A stretch of DNA of 54,026 nt from an uncultured Oligoflexus sp. (GCA_964236955.1 CAXSGP010000021.1:1-54026), one strand, 5' to 3'; positions 41,112-50,814 are shown, numbered from the stretch's first letter. Numbers and translations: made by a program. The notes: generated by a model not told the origin, from the sequence alone.

Positions 41112-41313
41112 TTTAGCTCCGAATCAATACTATCAGTCAGCAAGATGCCAAAGAACGCCGCGCGCGGCAAGCAGGCTTCGCCCTTGACTTTCTGATCCAG
41201 TCTGAAGAAGCTGAGGGAGCCGAGATCCCGTTCCGCAGTTCCTTCGGGGTATCAGGGTAAAACTGAGCTTGGCCCGGCTCACGCCAGCACGACTGCTAGC
41301 CAGGAGAAAAACT

Positions 41314-41565
41314 ATGAATTTCGTGGTGCAGATTCTTATCAAGGATCTAGAAAATATGGGCAGCTTTCCCAAGGCGGTTACTGAAAAGGAATGGCGCGAA
41401 AAGTGGCGGGTCTTGTCCGAACTCACAGCTGCCGAATATGCGGCCGTACGGGATGCCTGCCGGGAAGGGGCTCGGCAAAACGCCTGGACCATGGTGCAAA
41501 AGCATGACCCTGACCCTTCCAAAACCCAAAGAGCGTCTGCTTTCGAAGGCTTCTTTAAATCATGA
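41314..41565 (+). CDS. Small hypothetical protein (83 aa)
   Basis: SD AGGAG before ATG 41314; no recognised motif. Confidence 0.6.
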   Translation: MNFVVQILIKDLENMGSFPKAVTEKEWREKWRVLSELTAAEYAAVRDACREGARQNAWTMVQKHDPDPSKTQRASAFEGFFKS

Positions 41566-41926
41566 TTTAAAGCCCCAGAAGCCGATTCGTCGGGGAGTGG
41601 GGAAGAAGGCTCGGGCCGCAGGGATCACGATTGGACTTAGAGGTGGCGAATATCTTTCCTAACGTAAGAATAGCAAGAACCCTATCGCAGTTGCTTTGAC
41701 TTCGCGAAAACAGCGTTTCACTGTTATGAAATTCCTATCTTAAAGCCACTGCGCAGGGAGCGACATCAAACCTTATGCTGGCTTTGCCTTAATCCCAGGT
41801 ATTTGGAAAATTTAATAGTCGATCTCAATGCCCCGTAATGTAAAGCGGATTCCGATTGGTTGAGTTTGATCAAATCAGTCGCCGATAGGGTTCTTGCTCT
41901 CGCTTATGAGCTTAGAGGAACCAACG

Positions 41927-44347
41927 ATGAAACACCTATTTCGGGACGATTCCGTCCCTCGCCGCCAGACGATGAATGTCATTTCTGCTAAGAAATTTCG
42001 GTCCTTTCCACTTTTCAATAGAACGGCTCTCACGTTTATCATCCTCCTCCTTCCAACGTTAACACTGCAGACTGCCTGTCAATCTAAGAAGAAAAAGCAA
42101 TCACCGGCAGCCGCTGCTGAATCCTTTGCAGAATCAGGAGATGCCAAGGCCCCTGACGCTGTCGCTAGCAAGGCACCTCCTGCTCCTACCGTGGCAGCCG
42201 GCCCCCTGCGCTCAGCCAACAGCGAAATCTTCTTGGATGCCCAATCAGAGCATGCGGTCTCGTGGCAATGGGAACAGCTGGCCGGACCCGGCACCCTGTC
42301 GTTCCAAAGCCCTGAAACCGAAGACACGGCGGTTGCCGCCGATCGGGACGGGTTTTATTGGATTCGTTTGACGGTAACCGGTGTCGATGGCGCCACCGCT
42401 TTCGACGACGTTCAGCTTCAGTGGGATACTGTCGCCCCCTGCCCAAACCTCGCAAATGAAATCAAAACCTTTAAGCCTCTTGATATCGACGGTCGGGTCG
42501 CGACCGATGCCAAGGATGTGATCTGGAGTCAAATTTCGGGCCCTGGAATCCTGACCTTCGGCGCACCTAAATCGGCAATCTCCAGTATCGCCGCGGATGG
42601 GGATGGGACCTATGTCGTGCGTCTCACCGCTGCCGACCAGGTTGGCAATACCTGTTCAGCAGACATGACCTTTATTTGGGAAACAACGGTACCTACGGTT
42701 GCGATCGGTCAGGACATTTACACCAATAAGGAAGTCGCCATAGATGCTTCGACAATCGACGGTAAATCCTTCACCTGGAGTCAGGTGTCAGGCCCTGGCG
42801 CCATCATATTTTCCAGTGCCGATCATGAAGACACTCGGGTCCGCGCCACGCAGGACGGAAATTATGTCCTCCGCCTCACGATCACGACGGATAGTGGCGT
42901 GAGTGCGTTCGATGAGATGAATTTCACCTGGGACACCACCCCGCCCTCGATCGCATTGGGTCAGGATTTTAGCATTAAATACCGCGCTTCCATTGATGCC
43001 GAAACCCAAGAGGGAGTGGCTTACGAATGGAAAAAACTTGCTGGACCTGGCAAGGTCTTGTTTTCAGCAAGCGCAAGCGAGGATACCGCTCTGGTTGTCG
43101 ATCAGGCCGGCGACTATGAAATTGCCCTTACCGTTACCGATCAAGCGGGTAACCAGACCACGGATAGTGTGCGCATAGCCTTTGAATATGATGTGCGCGT
43201 GTTTGCCCAGCAGGTTGCCAGTGGAGGATCCCATACCTGTGCTGTTCTCGACGATTCCTCGGTGGCCTGCTGGGGCTATAACTACGCTCAGGAGCTGGGC
43301 TATGGCGACAGCAACCGATTTGGTGAAGGCACGGATCGTTACATGCCCCCGTCCTTTCCCATCAATCTTGGTGCCGGAAAAGGGGCCCTGTCCCTTGCGG
43401 TGAATTATTCTCACAGCTGCGCGATACTCCAGGACCACAGCGTAAAATGTTGGGGACAAAACGCTTCGGGCCAGCTTGGTTATGGCGATTCTGTTCGAAG
43501 GGGAAGCCCGGCAGCGACCGTGATCGATCTTGGTTTAAACCGCACGGCCCTGGCTATAGCTGCAGGTTTTTCTCACACCTGCGTCATCCTCGATGACAAA
43601 TCTGTAAAATGCTGGGGTGCAAACTCCGGGGGTCAGTTGGGTTATGGCGACTTTCAAAATCGTTTGGCGCCACCGGCCCAATCTATCAATTTAGGGGTGG
43701 GCCGTAGCGCCCAAGCCTTAAGTTTGGGGGCCTATCATAGCTGTGCCCTGTTAGATGACAGCACGGTGAAATGCTGGGGCAACAATGCCAACGGTCAACT
43801 CGGTTTAGGCGACAGGATTATTCGCAGTCAACCAACAGCGGAAGCCATAGATTTAGGCGGCGGTTTAAAAGCCCAGGAGATCAATAGCGGCGCCTACCAC
43901 ACCTGTGCCGTGCTCGAGGATGGTGAACTCAAATGCTGGGGTCGAAACCGTCAGGGGCAGCTCGGCTATGGCGATCTCGTGGAACGCGTTTCACCGGCAG
44001 CCACCGAGGTGGCGGTTGGTTCCCGTTATGTCGTCCATGTAAGCGGTGGGTTGGGCCACACCTGTGTCCTGATGGATGACGCCACGGTACAATGTTGGGG
44101 AGCTAATGAAGACGGGCAGCTCGGCTACGGGGATGTTCTCAATCGATTGGCACCGCCGCAGCAGGCGGTTTCCTTCGGTGCCGGACGATCGGTCACCTCC
44201 CTGTCTGCGGGGCGACTCCACAACTGCGCGGTCCTGGACGACTCGACTCTCAAATGTTGGGGCTCAAATAGCTACGGACAGTTGGGCGGTGGAAAAATTG
44301 TCGAGGGTTCGACACCACCACCAAGCGTCATCGGCTATGGCGACTGA
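41927..44347 (+). CDS. Surface lipoprotein with four PKD/Ig-like repeats and a seven-repeat RCC1/BLIP-II-like beta-propeller
   Basis: Lipobox-like QTAC; WEQLAGPG, WSQISGPG, WSQVSGPG, WKKLAGPG; seven H(T/S/N)C...CWG.N..(G)QLG-type repeats; SD GAGGA. Confidence 0.88.
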   Translation: MKHLFRDDSVPRRQTMNVISAKKFRSFPLFNRTALTFIILLLPTLTLQTACQSKKKKQSPAAAAESFAESGDAKAPDAVASKAPPAPTVAAGPLRSANSEIFLDAQSEHAVSWQWEQLAGPGTLSFQSPETEDTAVAADRDGFYWIRLTVTGVDGATAFDDVQLQWDTVAPCPNLANEIKTFKPLDIDGRVATDAKDVIWSQISGPGILTFGAPKSAISSIAADGDGTYVVRLTAADQVGNTCSADMTFIWETTVPTVAIGQDIYTNKEVAIDASTIDGKSFTWSQVSGPGAIIFSSADHEDTRVRATQDGNYVLRLTITTDSGVSAFDEMNFTWDTTPPSIALGQDFSIKYRASIDAETQEGVAYEWKKLAGPGKVLFSASASEDTALVVDQAGDYEIALTVTDQAGNQTTDSVRIAFEYDVRVFAQQVASGGSHTCAVLDDSSVACWGYNYAQELGYGDSNRFGEGTDRYMPPSFPINLGAGKGALSLAVNYSHSCAILQDHSVKCWGQNASGQLGYGDSVRRGSPAATVIDLGLNRTALAIAAGFSHTCVILDDKSVKCWGANSGGQLGYGDFQNRLAPPAQSINLGVGRSAQALSLGAYHSCALLDDSTVKCWGNNANGQLGLGDRIIRSQPTAEAIDLGGGLKAQEINSGAYHTCAVLEDGELKCWGRNRQGQLGYGDLVERVSPAATEVAVGSRYVVHVSGGLGHTCVLMDDATVQCWGANEDGQLGYGDVLNRLAPPQQAVSFGAGRSVTSLSAGRLHNCAVLDDSTLKCWGSNSYGQLGGGKIVEGSTPPPSVIGYGD

Positions 44348-44537
44348 TCCATTCTCAGCTGAGACGGGGTGAATCAGCCAGTATACGCTGGATGGAATTA
44401 GGAACAGTCTAGCCGCGGCAAACTTACTTGAGATAAAATGAAGGAGTAGAAAAGGCAAACGCACTTGAAACTCGCTTTTATCTCGAACTTTTAAATAGCC
44501 CCTATTTTCGTAAACCTAGCCAAATGAGGATTCTAAT

Positions 44538-45056
44538 ATGACACAAGCTTACTCTTCCTTCCGCGCTCCCTATGTAAAAGCCAGCAAACTCGGCATACCA
44601 AAAGACCGCTATGAAACGGATTATATAGAATTTGAAGATGGCGACTATCGACTTGGCGATCTCAAAGGGATGGGTTGGAATCTGGAAATTTATCGCCACG
44701 GTCACACCAATGAACTCTACCTCTTCTATGAAGCCAGCAATCAGCCGAAAGAAAGTGAGGGGGGTGGCCTGAAATTTCTAGCTTTAGAAAATATAAGTGG
44801 ATCAACCACCCGCGACACGAGAGAAGAGAATGACGACATCGATCTTAAGGTCTTTGCCTATGGTTACGGCTATGAGGATGGCATTCGCCATATCTACTAT
44901 GGTAGTGGTCATCAAAAGGGCTATTCCTACTATCCCTCCCTTACCCTCATGGCCGAAGTTTTGAAACGTGTGGAAGAACTTTCCCAGTACTACAGTCGCA
45001 GTGCTGATACTTTTGAGCCGCTCTGCATCCATGGGGATAGCTTCCTTAACCATTAG
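44538..45056 (+). CDS. Hypothetical acidic, Tyr-rich protein
   Basis: SD GAGGA upstream; 172-aa ORF; no recognised domain. Confidence 0.7.
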   Translation: MTQAYSSFRAPYVKASKLGIPKDRYETDYIEFEDGDYRLGDLKGMGWNLEIYRHGHTNELYLFYEASNQPKESEGGGLKFLALENISGSTTRDTREENDDIDLKVFAYGYGYEDGIRHIYYGSGHQKGYSYYPSLTLMAEVLKRVEELSQYYSRSADTFEPLCIHGDSFLNH

Positions 45057-45738
45057 AGGGCTTTCTATTTAAGACCTTGCCAGCAGCCATCCGAGGCCTC
45101 TTGGAGTGCCGACCCTTGCAGGCAATTCCAAGGAGGCGCCGAGGGCGCCCGGGATCGAGCCGGGCGCATTTGCCAGGAACCGATCGCTATCCTCCTCTGT
45201 CCTGCCACCAACGACAATAAGGAGGAGCTATCCCTGATGGCCGGATTCATAATTTTCCTGCTTCCTCTGTCTAGCTTGTAAAAGATTGCCGGGTTCATCG
45301 GGTTCTGCTTCATTAATGAATATTTGGCTGGTTTTTTGTTTGTACCAACAGGCAGGAGCTGAGAGCTTTTGGATTCGCAGGATTCTAGCTTGAATGATTG
45401 ACTTGTAAAATTTGAGACGGTCAAAGGATCTCGACGTAAAATTGAGATGGTTACGATTCATAGTCAAGACCCCCCTGATCCATATTCAACAAACCCCTTG
45501 ATGATGCGACGAAGACTTTGCTGGGGCATCATTTTAAGGCTTATTTCAGAGCCCGCTTCAGCGGCGAAAATCTGGTTCTCATTGGCGAGACGACCTGGAA
45601 TGAATGGAATAGAGCCAGGTAATATTGCTCAAGCTTTTTGCAATTTACCGAGACGGGCAAATATAGATTGTTCATTTTGCAAGGCAAGTGATATGAATTT
45701 CAGAAGCATCAAGAAACTCATGTCGTAAGGTAAAATCA

Positions 45739-46815
45739 ATGAAATCTATAAAGCATCTCGCATGCGCACTCGGTGTTGCATCGTGCCTGGTTATGGGGAT
45801 TGCCAGCGCCGCCTATTCTCAGCAATACCCTGAAATCGATTTTTCGCCTCGTCCCAGTTATCTTCCCAACACAGCCATTTCCTTGACCTTCGACGATGGC
45901 CCAGATTGGTCTAACACTGCGCATGTGTTGGATATTCTTAAAGAAAAACACGTTAAAGCAACATTTTTCATCAATGCCGAAAATTGGTCCAGCCTTAGCG
46001 CTGATGTACCTATGCAGGATCTTGTTCGCCGGATGGTGAACGAGGGGCATGAGCTGGCCAACCATACTTCCCATCATTTACACCTTGGTACATTGAACGA
46101 AAATCAATTGAATGATGAGATTAGTTCTGTCGAGCAGCTGACAGCCAAAATTCTAGGCGCTCATGCTCCTCGTTTGACTCTGTTGCGGGCTCCTTTCGGC
46201 GAACCTTACCAGGACAATGACCCATCTGAGCCTTCCCCAGAATATTTGCAGGTTGCGCCGGTCATTGCGAAGCACGCCGTTCACATTGGTTGGGCTATCG
46301 ATTCGCTTGATTACGAATGTCCGCAGGGTGACGGTCAATGCGTATACGACGGCGTTGTTAATAAGATGCTGAAACCGGGCCAGGGTGATTACGGCGTCAT
46401 CCTAATGCATTCGGTACATTCCCAAACAGTGGCAGCCCTTCCAGGAATTATCGACTATATCCGTAACAATGGATTCCAACTTTGGTCGGTTGAACAGGTA
46501 GTTAAAGCCCGATTTGGCAAATCATCAGCTGAAATAATTGGAACCGGATATCCAACTCCAACTCCAGCTCCAGCTCCAGCTCCAGCTCCAACTCCAGCTC
46601 CAGCTCCAACTCCAAGTCCAAGTCCAAGTCCAAGTCCAAGTCCAAGTCCTGAGACAGCTTGCCATTCTCCCGCTTTCGTCCAAGACCACTTTTACAAAGT
46701 TGGCCAAAAAGTTGTTTATGAAAATCAGGTTTTCACCGCACAAAACGAAGATAATCCTGGCTATAATCCAAAAATCAGCACATGGTTTTGGGCAGCCGGT
46801 CCATTTTGTAACTAG
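45739..46815 (+). CDS. Secreted CE4 (NodB-type) polysaccharide deacetylase with Pro-rich linker and CBM5/12-like chitin-binding module
   Basis: TFDDGP, HTSHH, RAPFG, DSLDY, LMH motifs; C-terminal YKVGQKVVYENQVFTA...NPGYNP...WFW flanked by Cys. Confidence 0.9.
   Translation: MKSIKHLACALGVASCLVMGIASAAYSQQYPEIDFSPRPSYLPNTAISLTFDDGPDWSNTAHVLDILKEKHVKATFFINAENWSSLSADVPMQDLVRRMVNEGHELANHTSHHLHLGTLNENQLNDEISSVEQLTAKILGAHAPRLTLLRAPFGEPYQDNDPSEPSPEYLQVAPVIAKHAVHIGWAIDSLDYECPQGDGQCVYDGVVNKMLKPGQGDYGVILMHSVHSQTVAALPGIIDYIRNNGFQLWSVEQVVKARFGKSSAEIIGTGYPTPTPAPAPAPAPTPAPAPTPSPSPSPSPSPSPETACHSPAFVQDHFYKVGQKVVYENQVFTAQNEDNPGYNPKISTWFWAAGPFCN
46552..46647 (+). repeat. Hexamer tandem repeat (CCAACT/CCAGCT/CCAAGT) x16 encoding the PT/PA/PS linker
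   Basis: 16 consecutive in-frame hexamers read directly from the sequence. Confidence 0.95.
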
Positions 46816-47125
46816 ATGATTTGTGGAGGCCACCTGGTCCTCCACTGGTATTTTGCAAGCATGGCCTGGGCCTTTGAAAAAATCTTCGCGCAGAATAAAC
46901 GAAATTTTATCCTGTAGCTTCCTTGCTAGCTCAAATTATAAAGGCAACCATGATGCGGATTACAAGAATTGTTTGACCTGTATTCCTACCCTTTGAGTCA
47001 TACCCATAAAAATTGGTCTTGCTTTTGCAGGCAGTCTTCTTGTTATTGTTAATGTGCCCCCGTCATCCAAAGGACAATTCCAAACCCAGCCTTTGGCTTT
47101 CAACGAGCTTTTTAGGAGAATAATC

Positions 47126-47707
47126 ATGCCCAGTAAGAATTCTGCAGGAAAAAGCGATCGCAATATAAAGTCCACTGATGCCGAGTCTTATAAAAACTAT
47201 GCTCAGGAGGCCGATGAAGACAATAATGTGTCCTTCGACTCTCCGTCGCATCGAGAGTCTTCTCCCTTGCGTGGCGATAACACCCTCCCTCCGGACCTAA
47301 GTGCGGATGAAGACGATGAAGGACAGGAGAAGGAGGCCAATCCCAAGCGTCGCATGCGAAGCGGCAAAGCTCAATCGTCAAACAGTGAAGACCCGGAGGC
47401 ATCCGGCACTTCAGATGCGCAGTCGTTTGCTGGGAAAATTGCCAAGTCCTCTGATTTCTTTAAACAGAAGGCCAAGGACTTGGTTACCCGCGGCAGCGAA
47501 ACAATCGCCAGCCGCTATCCTAATGCCTACGATGATGTGAAGATCGCTTCCAGGAAGGTTCAGGACGAAATTAAAAAACAACCCCATAAAATCGCCATGG
47601 GTGCGGCGGGAGTGGTTGGCCTTGGAGTGCTGCTGGCCAAGCGCTATAGCCAAACACGTGATGTCAAAACCCCGCGCGACACGCCTGAATCCAATAGTGA
47701 CGTTTGA
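47126..47707 (+). CDS. Hypothetical protein: disordered acidic N-terminus and a C-terminal membrane anchor (ElaB/YqjD-like tail)
   Basis: SD AGGAG before ATG 47126; IKKQPHKIAMGAAGVVGLGVLLAKR. Confidence 0.7.
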   Translation: MPSKNSAGKSDRNIKSTDAESYKNYAQEADEDNNVSFDSPSHRESSPLRGDNTLPPDLSADEDDEGQEKEANPKRRMRSGKAQSSNSEDPEASGTSDAQSFAGKIAKSSDFFKQKAKDLVTRGSETIASRYPNAYDDVKIASRKVQDEIKKQPHKIAMGAAGVVGLGVLLAKRYSQTRDVKTPRDTPESNSDV

Positions 47708-48081
47708 TAGTCCAGACAGAAATTAGGCTTCAAGCCCCATATTTTGCTGATCGAGGGCTTATAGCGAAGCCCTGCCGATCAAAATTAAGCAGCAGGAGGA
47801 TTCTCCTTCTGCTGTTTTTGCTTTTGTCCAATTTTTTATGCCCTAACGCCCGTGCCTGGGCAGCCATGCCTGGCTGAGGCGCCGGCAAGCCCCCCCCCTG
47901 GTCAGAATCGTCCCCGCACGCCTGCTCCATTCCTTTTGTAGGAGCCTATAATTAGCTATTTTTACATACTGTTACAAAGCTCTCATCGGTCCGTAATGGA
48001 GTAGCTGTTTGAAGCGCAAAAAAACTCTGATACAACTCAGGTGGCGTTTGGATCAGACTTTAAACCTTAGGGCTTTGGCTT

Positions 48082-48861
48082 ATGAAATACATTTATGCCT
48101 CTATCTTTGCTGTGACAGTCGCTATCGTGTCCTGTGCGAAGAACTCCGCAGGCCGCCAGCAGCTCAATCTCGTTTCCGACGACGAGATGAACACTATGGG
48201 CGAGGAAGCCTATACCGACATCTTAAAGAAGTCTCAGTTGTCTCAGGACAGCTCGCTCAATTCTGAAATTTTGGATATTGGCCGGAATATAGCGAATGCC
48301 AGCGCTGTTGATTATGACTGGAAATTTGCCATCATCAACGATGAAAACGTCAATGCCTTCTGCCTCCCTGGCGGTAAAGTTGCCGTTTATACCGGAATCC
48401 TTCCGATCGCAGCTAACAACGCCGGACTCGCGGCTGTACTGGGACATGAAGTGGGCCATGCCGTACTACGTCATTCTGCCGAGCGCATGAGTCAACAGCT
48501 GCTGCTCCAGACAGGCCTGTCACTGATCGCGGTGAATTTTGAAGATTCCCCTTACAAGGGCATCATCGCGGCTGCCATGGGCATTGGCACGACTTATGGT
48601 ATCGAACTCCCTTTTAGTCGTCTCGATGAATCCGAGGCCGATAAAGTCGGCCTGGAGTATATGGCAAAGGCCGGCTATGACCCGCGTGAAGCCGTGAAAC
48701 TCTGGGAAAGAATGGGAGCTTTACAAAGCTCGCGCCCACCCCAAATACTTTCGACCCACCCCGATCCTGCAACTCGTGCTAAAGCATTGAACGCGCACAT
48801 GACGAAAGCCATGGAACTCTATGAAGCTTCCGCCAAAAAACCGACTATAAATTTGCAGTGA
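48082..48861 (+). CDS. M48 family zinc metallopeptidase lipoprotein
   Basis: Lipobox IVSC; NAFCLPGG, HEVGH, ESEAD, LSTHP. Confidence 0.92.
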   Translation: MKYIYASIFAVTVAIVSCAKNSAGRQQLNLVSDDEMNTMGEEAYTDILKKSQLSQDSSLNSEILDIGRNIANASAVDYDWKFAIINDENVNAFCLPGGKVAVYTGILPIAANNAGLAAVLGHEVGHAVLRHSAERMSQQLLLQTGLSLIAVNFEDSPYKGIIAAAMGIGTTYGIELPFSRLDESEADKVGLEYMAKAGYDPREAVKLWERMGALQSSRPPQILSTHPDPATRAKALNAHMTKAMELYEASAKKPTINLQ

Positions 48862-48874
48862 GGTGAGCCAGGAC

Positions 48875-49174
48875 ATGAGCCCATTCGAAGGCGTAATGAG
48901 AGAACTCGATTTGCTCAACAAAACGCTCTTATTCAAAAAGCGTGGCGGCAGTCCGATCACAGCAGAGGAATATGCTGAGGTCAAAGACCTGGTCAAAAAA
49001 ATCCATGTGGAATCCGTGTCAATCGAAGTTCTGGAAATTGGCCGGCTTCTGGAACTCTATGATTTGGGGCTCGGCGTCCGGTATTTAGAACCCAATTTTA
49101 CCAAACTTAACGAAGCTTTTGCCTGGCTTGAAAGCCAGGATGGCGAAAGCGGTGCGGAGTCCGACGATTTTTAG
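48875..49174 (+). CDS. Hypothetical protein
   Basis: ORF directly downstream of the M48 gene, same strand; start 48875 or 48863. Confidence 0.65.
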   Translation: MSPFEGVMRELDLLNKTLLFKKRGGSPITAEEYAEVKDLVKKIHVESVSIEVLEIGRLLELYDLGLGVRYLEPNFTKLNEAFAWLESQDGESGAESDDF

Positions 49175-49224
49175 CTTGCCCTTAGAGCCGGGCCTGTCCC
49201 TTCCTTGGGCGGCAGGGCAACTTG

Positions 49225-50262
49225 CTATTTATGATTAGCCTGAGTCGCCGGAATGCGGTCTCCTCTCGCCAGCAGGCCCAAGGCCTCAGGATGTTCCTGA
49301 TAAAACTCTCTGGTCACCTTTGCAATCTTCACTTTAACGGCGTCATCAATTTCAGTGATTCTATCGGCAGCTTCCAGTGTGGCCAATATTCGTGTCAAGA
49401 GCTGGCCCTGCAGCGGCGGCAGCTTAGCCGCCCAAAACGCCAGCAGCACAGGATCAACATGCGATGGCAACGATCCCAGTATACCCGTATCATTCTCATC
49501 GTGAACGAGTAGGCCCGAAGTCGTGCCCCGATCCAAAGTCAGGACCTGCAGAAAGTAAAGGCTATGATATTCCTCCTGAAGCCTTAAGTCTTTGGCCGTA
49601 ATCAACTTATGGCTGATCAAGGCCCGCTTTACTATCGCCACGTAGCTATCACAGATAATCTCCCCAAAGCTCCTGGCCAGTTTTTCGTCCGCCTGAGGAT
49701 CGGCGCTTTTATATTCTTCCAAATAAAAATGCGCGACTCCGCGAAAGCGATTGAGGGCCGGAATAAAAAAGTAACGTTCTCCCTGCTCTTTTCCCGGTTG
49801 ATAAAGAGATCCGGCTGCGCGCATCAATCCGTCTTCAAAATCCTTCTTGTCACGATCAGAGGGAATGCTCGGGTTGAGATCGGCCATGATTCGCCAGTAG
49901 CCTTCGCCCGACTTCATTTCCGTCCAACTGATGTGCATATGCATCGATGGTGCAAAGGGATTGCGGGGATGGATAATGGTCGAAAGCGCAGTGGCTGATG
50001 CGAGTTTTTTGGTCTGGTCGCTCTCGTACTGGACCTGCGAAATATTTACCGAGGATCGATTAAAATACTGTTGGTCAAGGGCGACAAATCTTTTGCCGCC
50101 TCCGAAGCTGCCCTTGGCTCTCAGCCAATCGATAGAATGAAATCCAAGCGTCGACCGCTCGATTCGCAGACCGTCCAATTTTTCCACGAGGCGGATTTGT
50201 AAATCCTCAACAAGGGCAAAGGCTGACTGGGCGGCAGGCGATTTTGCAAGAACGAAACTCAT
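49225..50262 (-). CDS. hemF: Oxygen-dependent coproporphyrinogen III oxidase (divergent HemF-like)
   Basis: STIIHPRNPFAPSMHMH, ADLNP, YFFIPALNRFRGV, LDRGT; SD GGAGG. Confidence 0.8.
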   Translation of the reverse strand: MSFVLAKSPAAQSAFALVEDLQIRLVEKLDGLRIERSTLGFHSIDWLRAKGSFGGGKRFVALDQQYFNRSSVNISQVQYESDQTKKLASATALSTIIHPRNPFAPSMHMHISWTEMKSGEGYWRIMADLNPSIPSDRDKKDFEDGLMRAAGSLYQPGKEQGERYFFIPALNRFRGVAHFYLEEYKSADPQADEKLARSFGEIICDSYVAIVKRALISHKLITAKDLRLQEEYHSLYFLQVLTLDRGTTSGLLVHDENDTGILGSLPSHVDPVLLAFWAAKLPPLQGQLLTRILATLEAADRITEIDDAVKVKIAKVTREFYQEHPEALGLLARGDRIPATQANHK

Positions 50263-50568
50263 GGAACATCCTCCACATATTCATTGCGAGTGCTTAAACC
50301 AAGATCTCTTGAAGAGGACTATAGAGCGAGTCCATATGACCCATAGCGGAACTGAAAAACTGATATTTTTTTTCGCTGAATCATTCTCTAAGCCTATTTT
50401 ACTATAAAATTCATAATACTGAACGGTAAGACCTTACTTATGGACCGACTATGAGGAGAAGGATACAACTTGAACTGCCTACCCATAACATGCCAATCTC
50501 CGGATTGGACCATCGGGTCTGTACCGCCATTGGAGTATGGACCGAAATTTTTAAAGGGGACCTAGACT

Positions 50569-50814
50569 ATGCTTCGTTCATTTATGACGCCTGTACTTGT
50601 CGGCAGCTTGATCGTTATTTCTGCGGTAGCCTGCACAAAAACAAAAACAGAAGCCCGCAAAGAAGGCAATGAACAAGTTCATGAAGCTCAAAAAGAAGTG
50701 ATTGAACAGAAAAAAGACGTAATCGAAGAACAAAAAGACGTTGAGAAAGCTCAACAGGACGTTCAAAAAGAACAAGTCGAAACTCAAAAAGAAGTTGATA
50801 AAGCAGCTCCTTGA
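50569..50814 (+). CDS. Small lipoprotein with heptad (coiled-coil) repeats
   Basis: SD GGGGA; lipobox AVAC; QKEVIEQ-KKDVIEE-QKDVEKA-QQDVQKE repeats. Confidence 0.75.
   Translation: MLRSFMTPVLVGSLIVISAVACTKTKTEARKEGNEQVHEAQKEVIEQKKDVIEEQKDVEKAQQDVQKEQVETQKEVDKAAP

Noticed and set aside
46525..46845. ORFs with (WT/WS)n and (QL/QV)n repeats
   Set aside because: Alternative-frame readings of the hexamer repeat in the deacetylase linker
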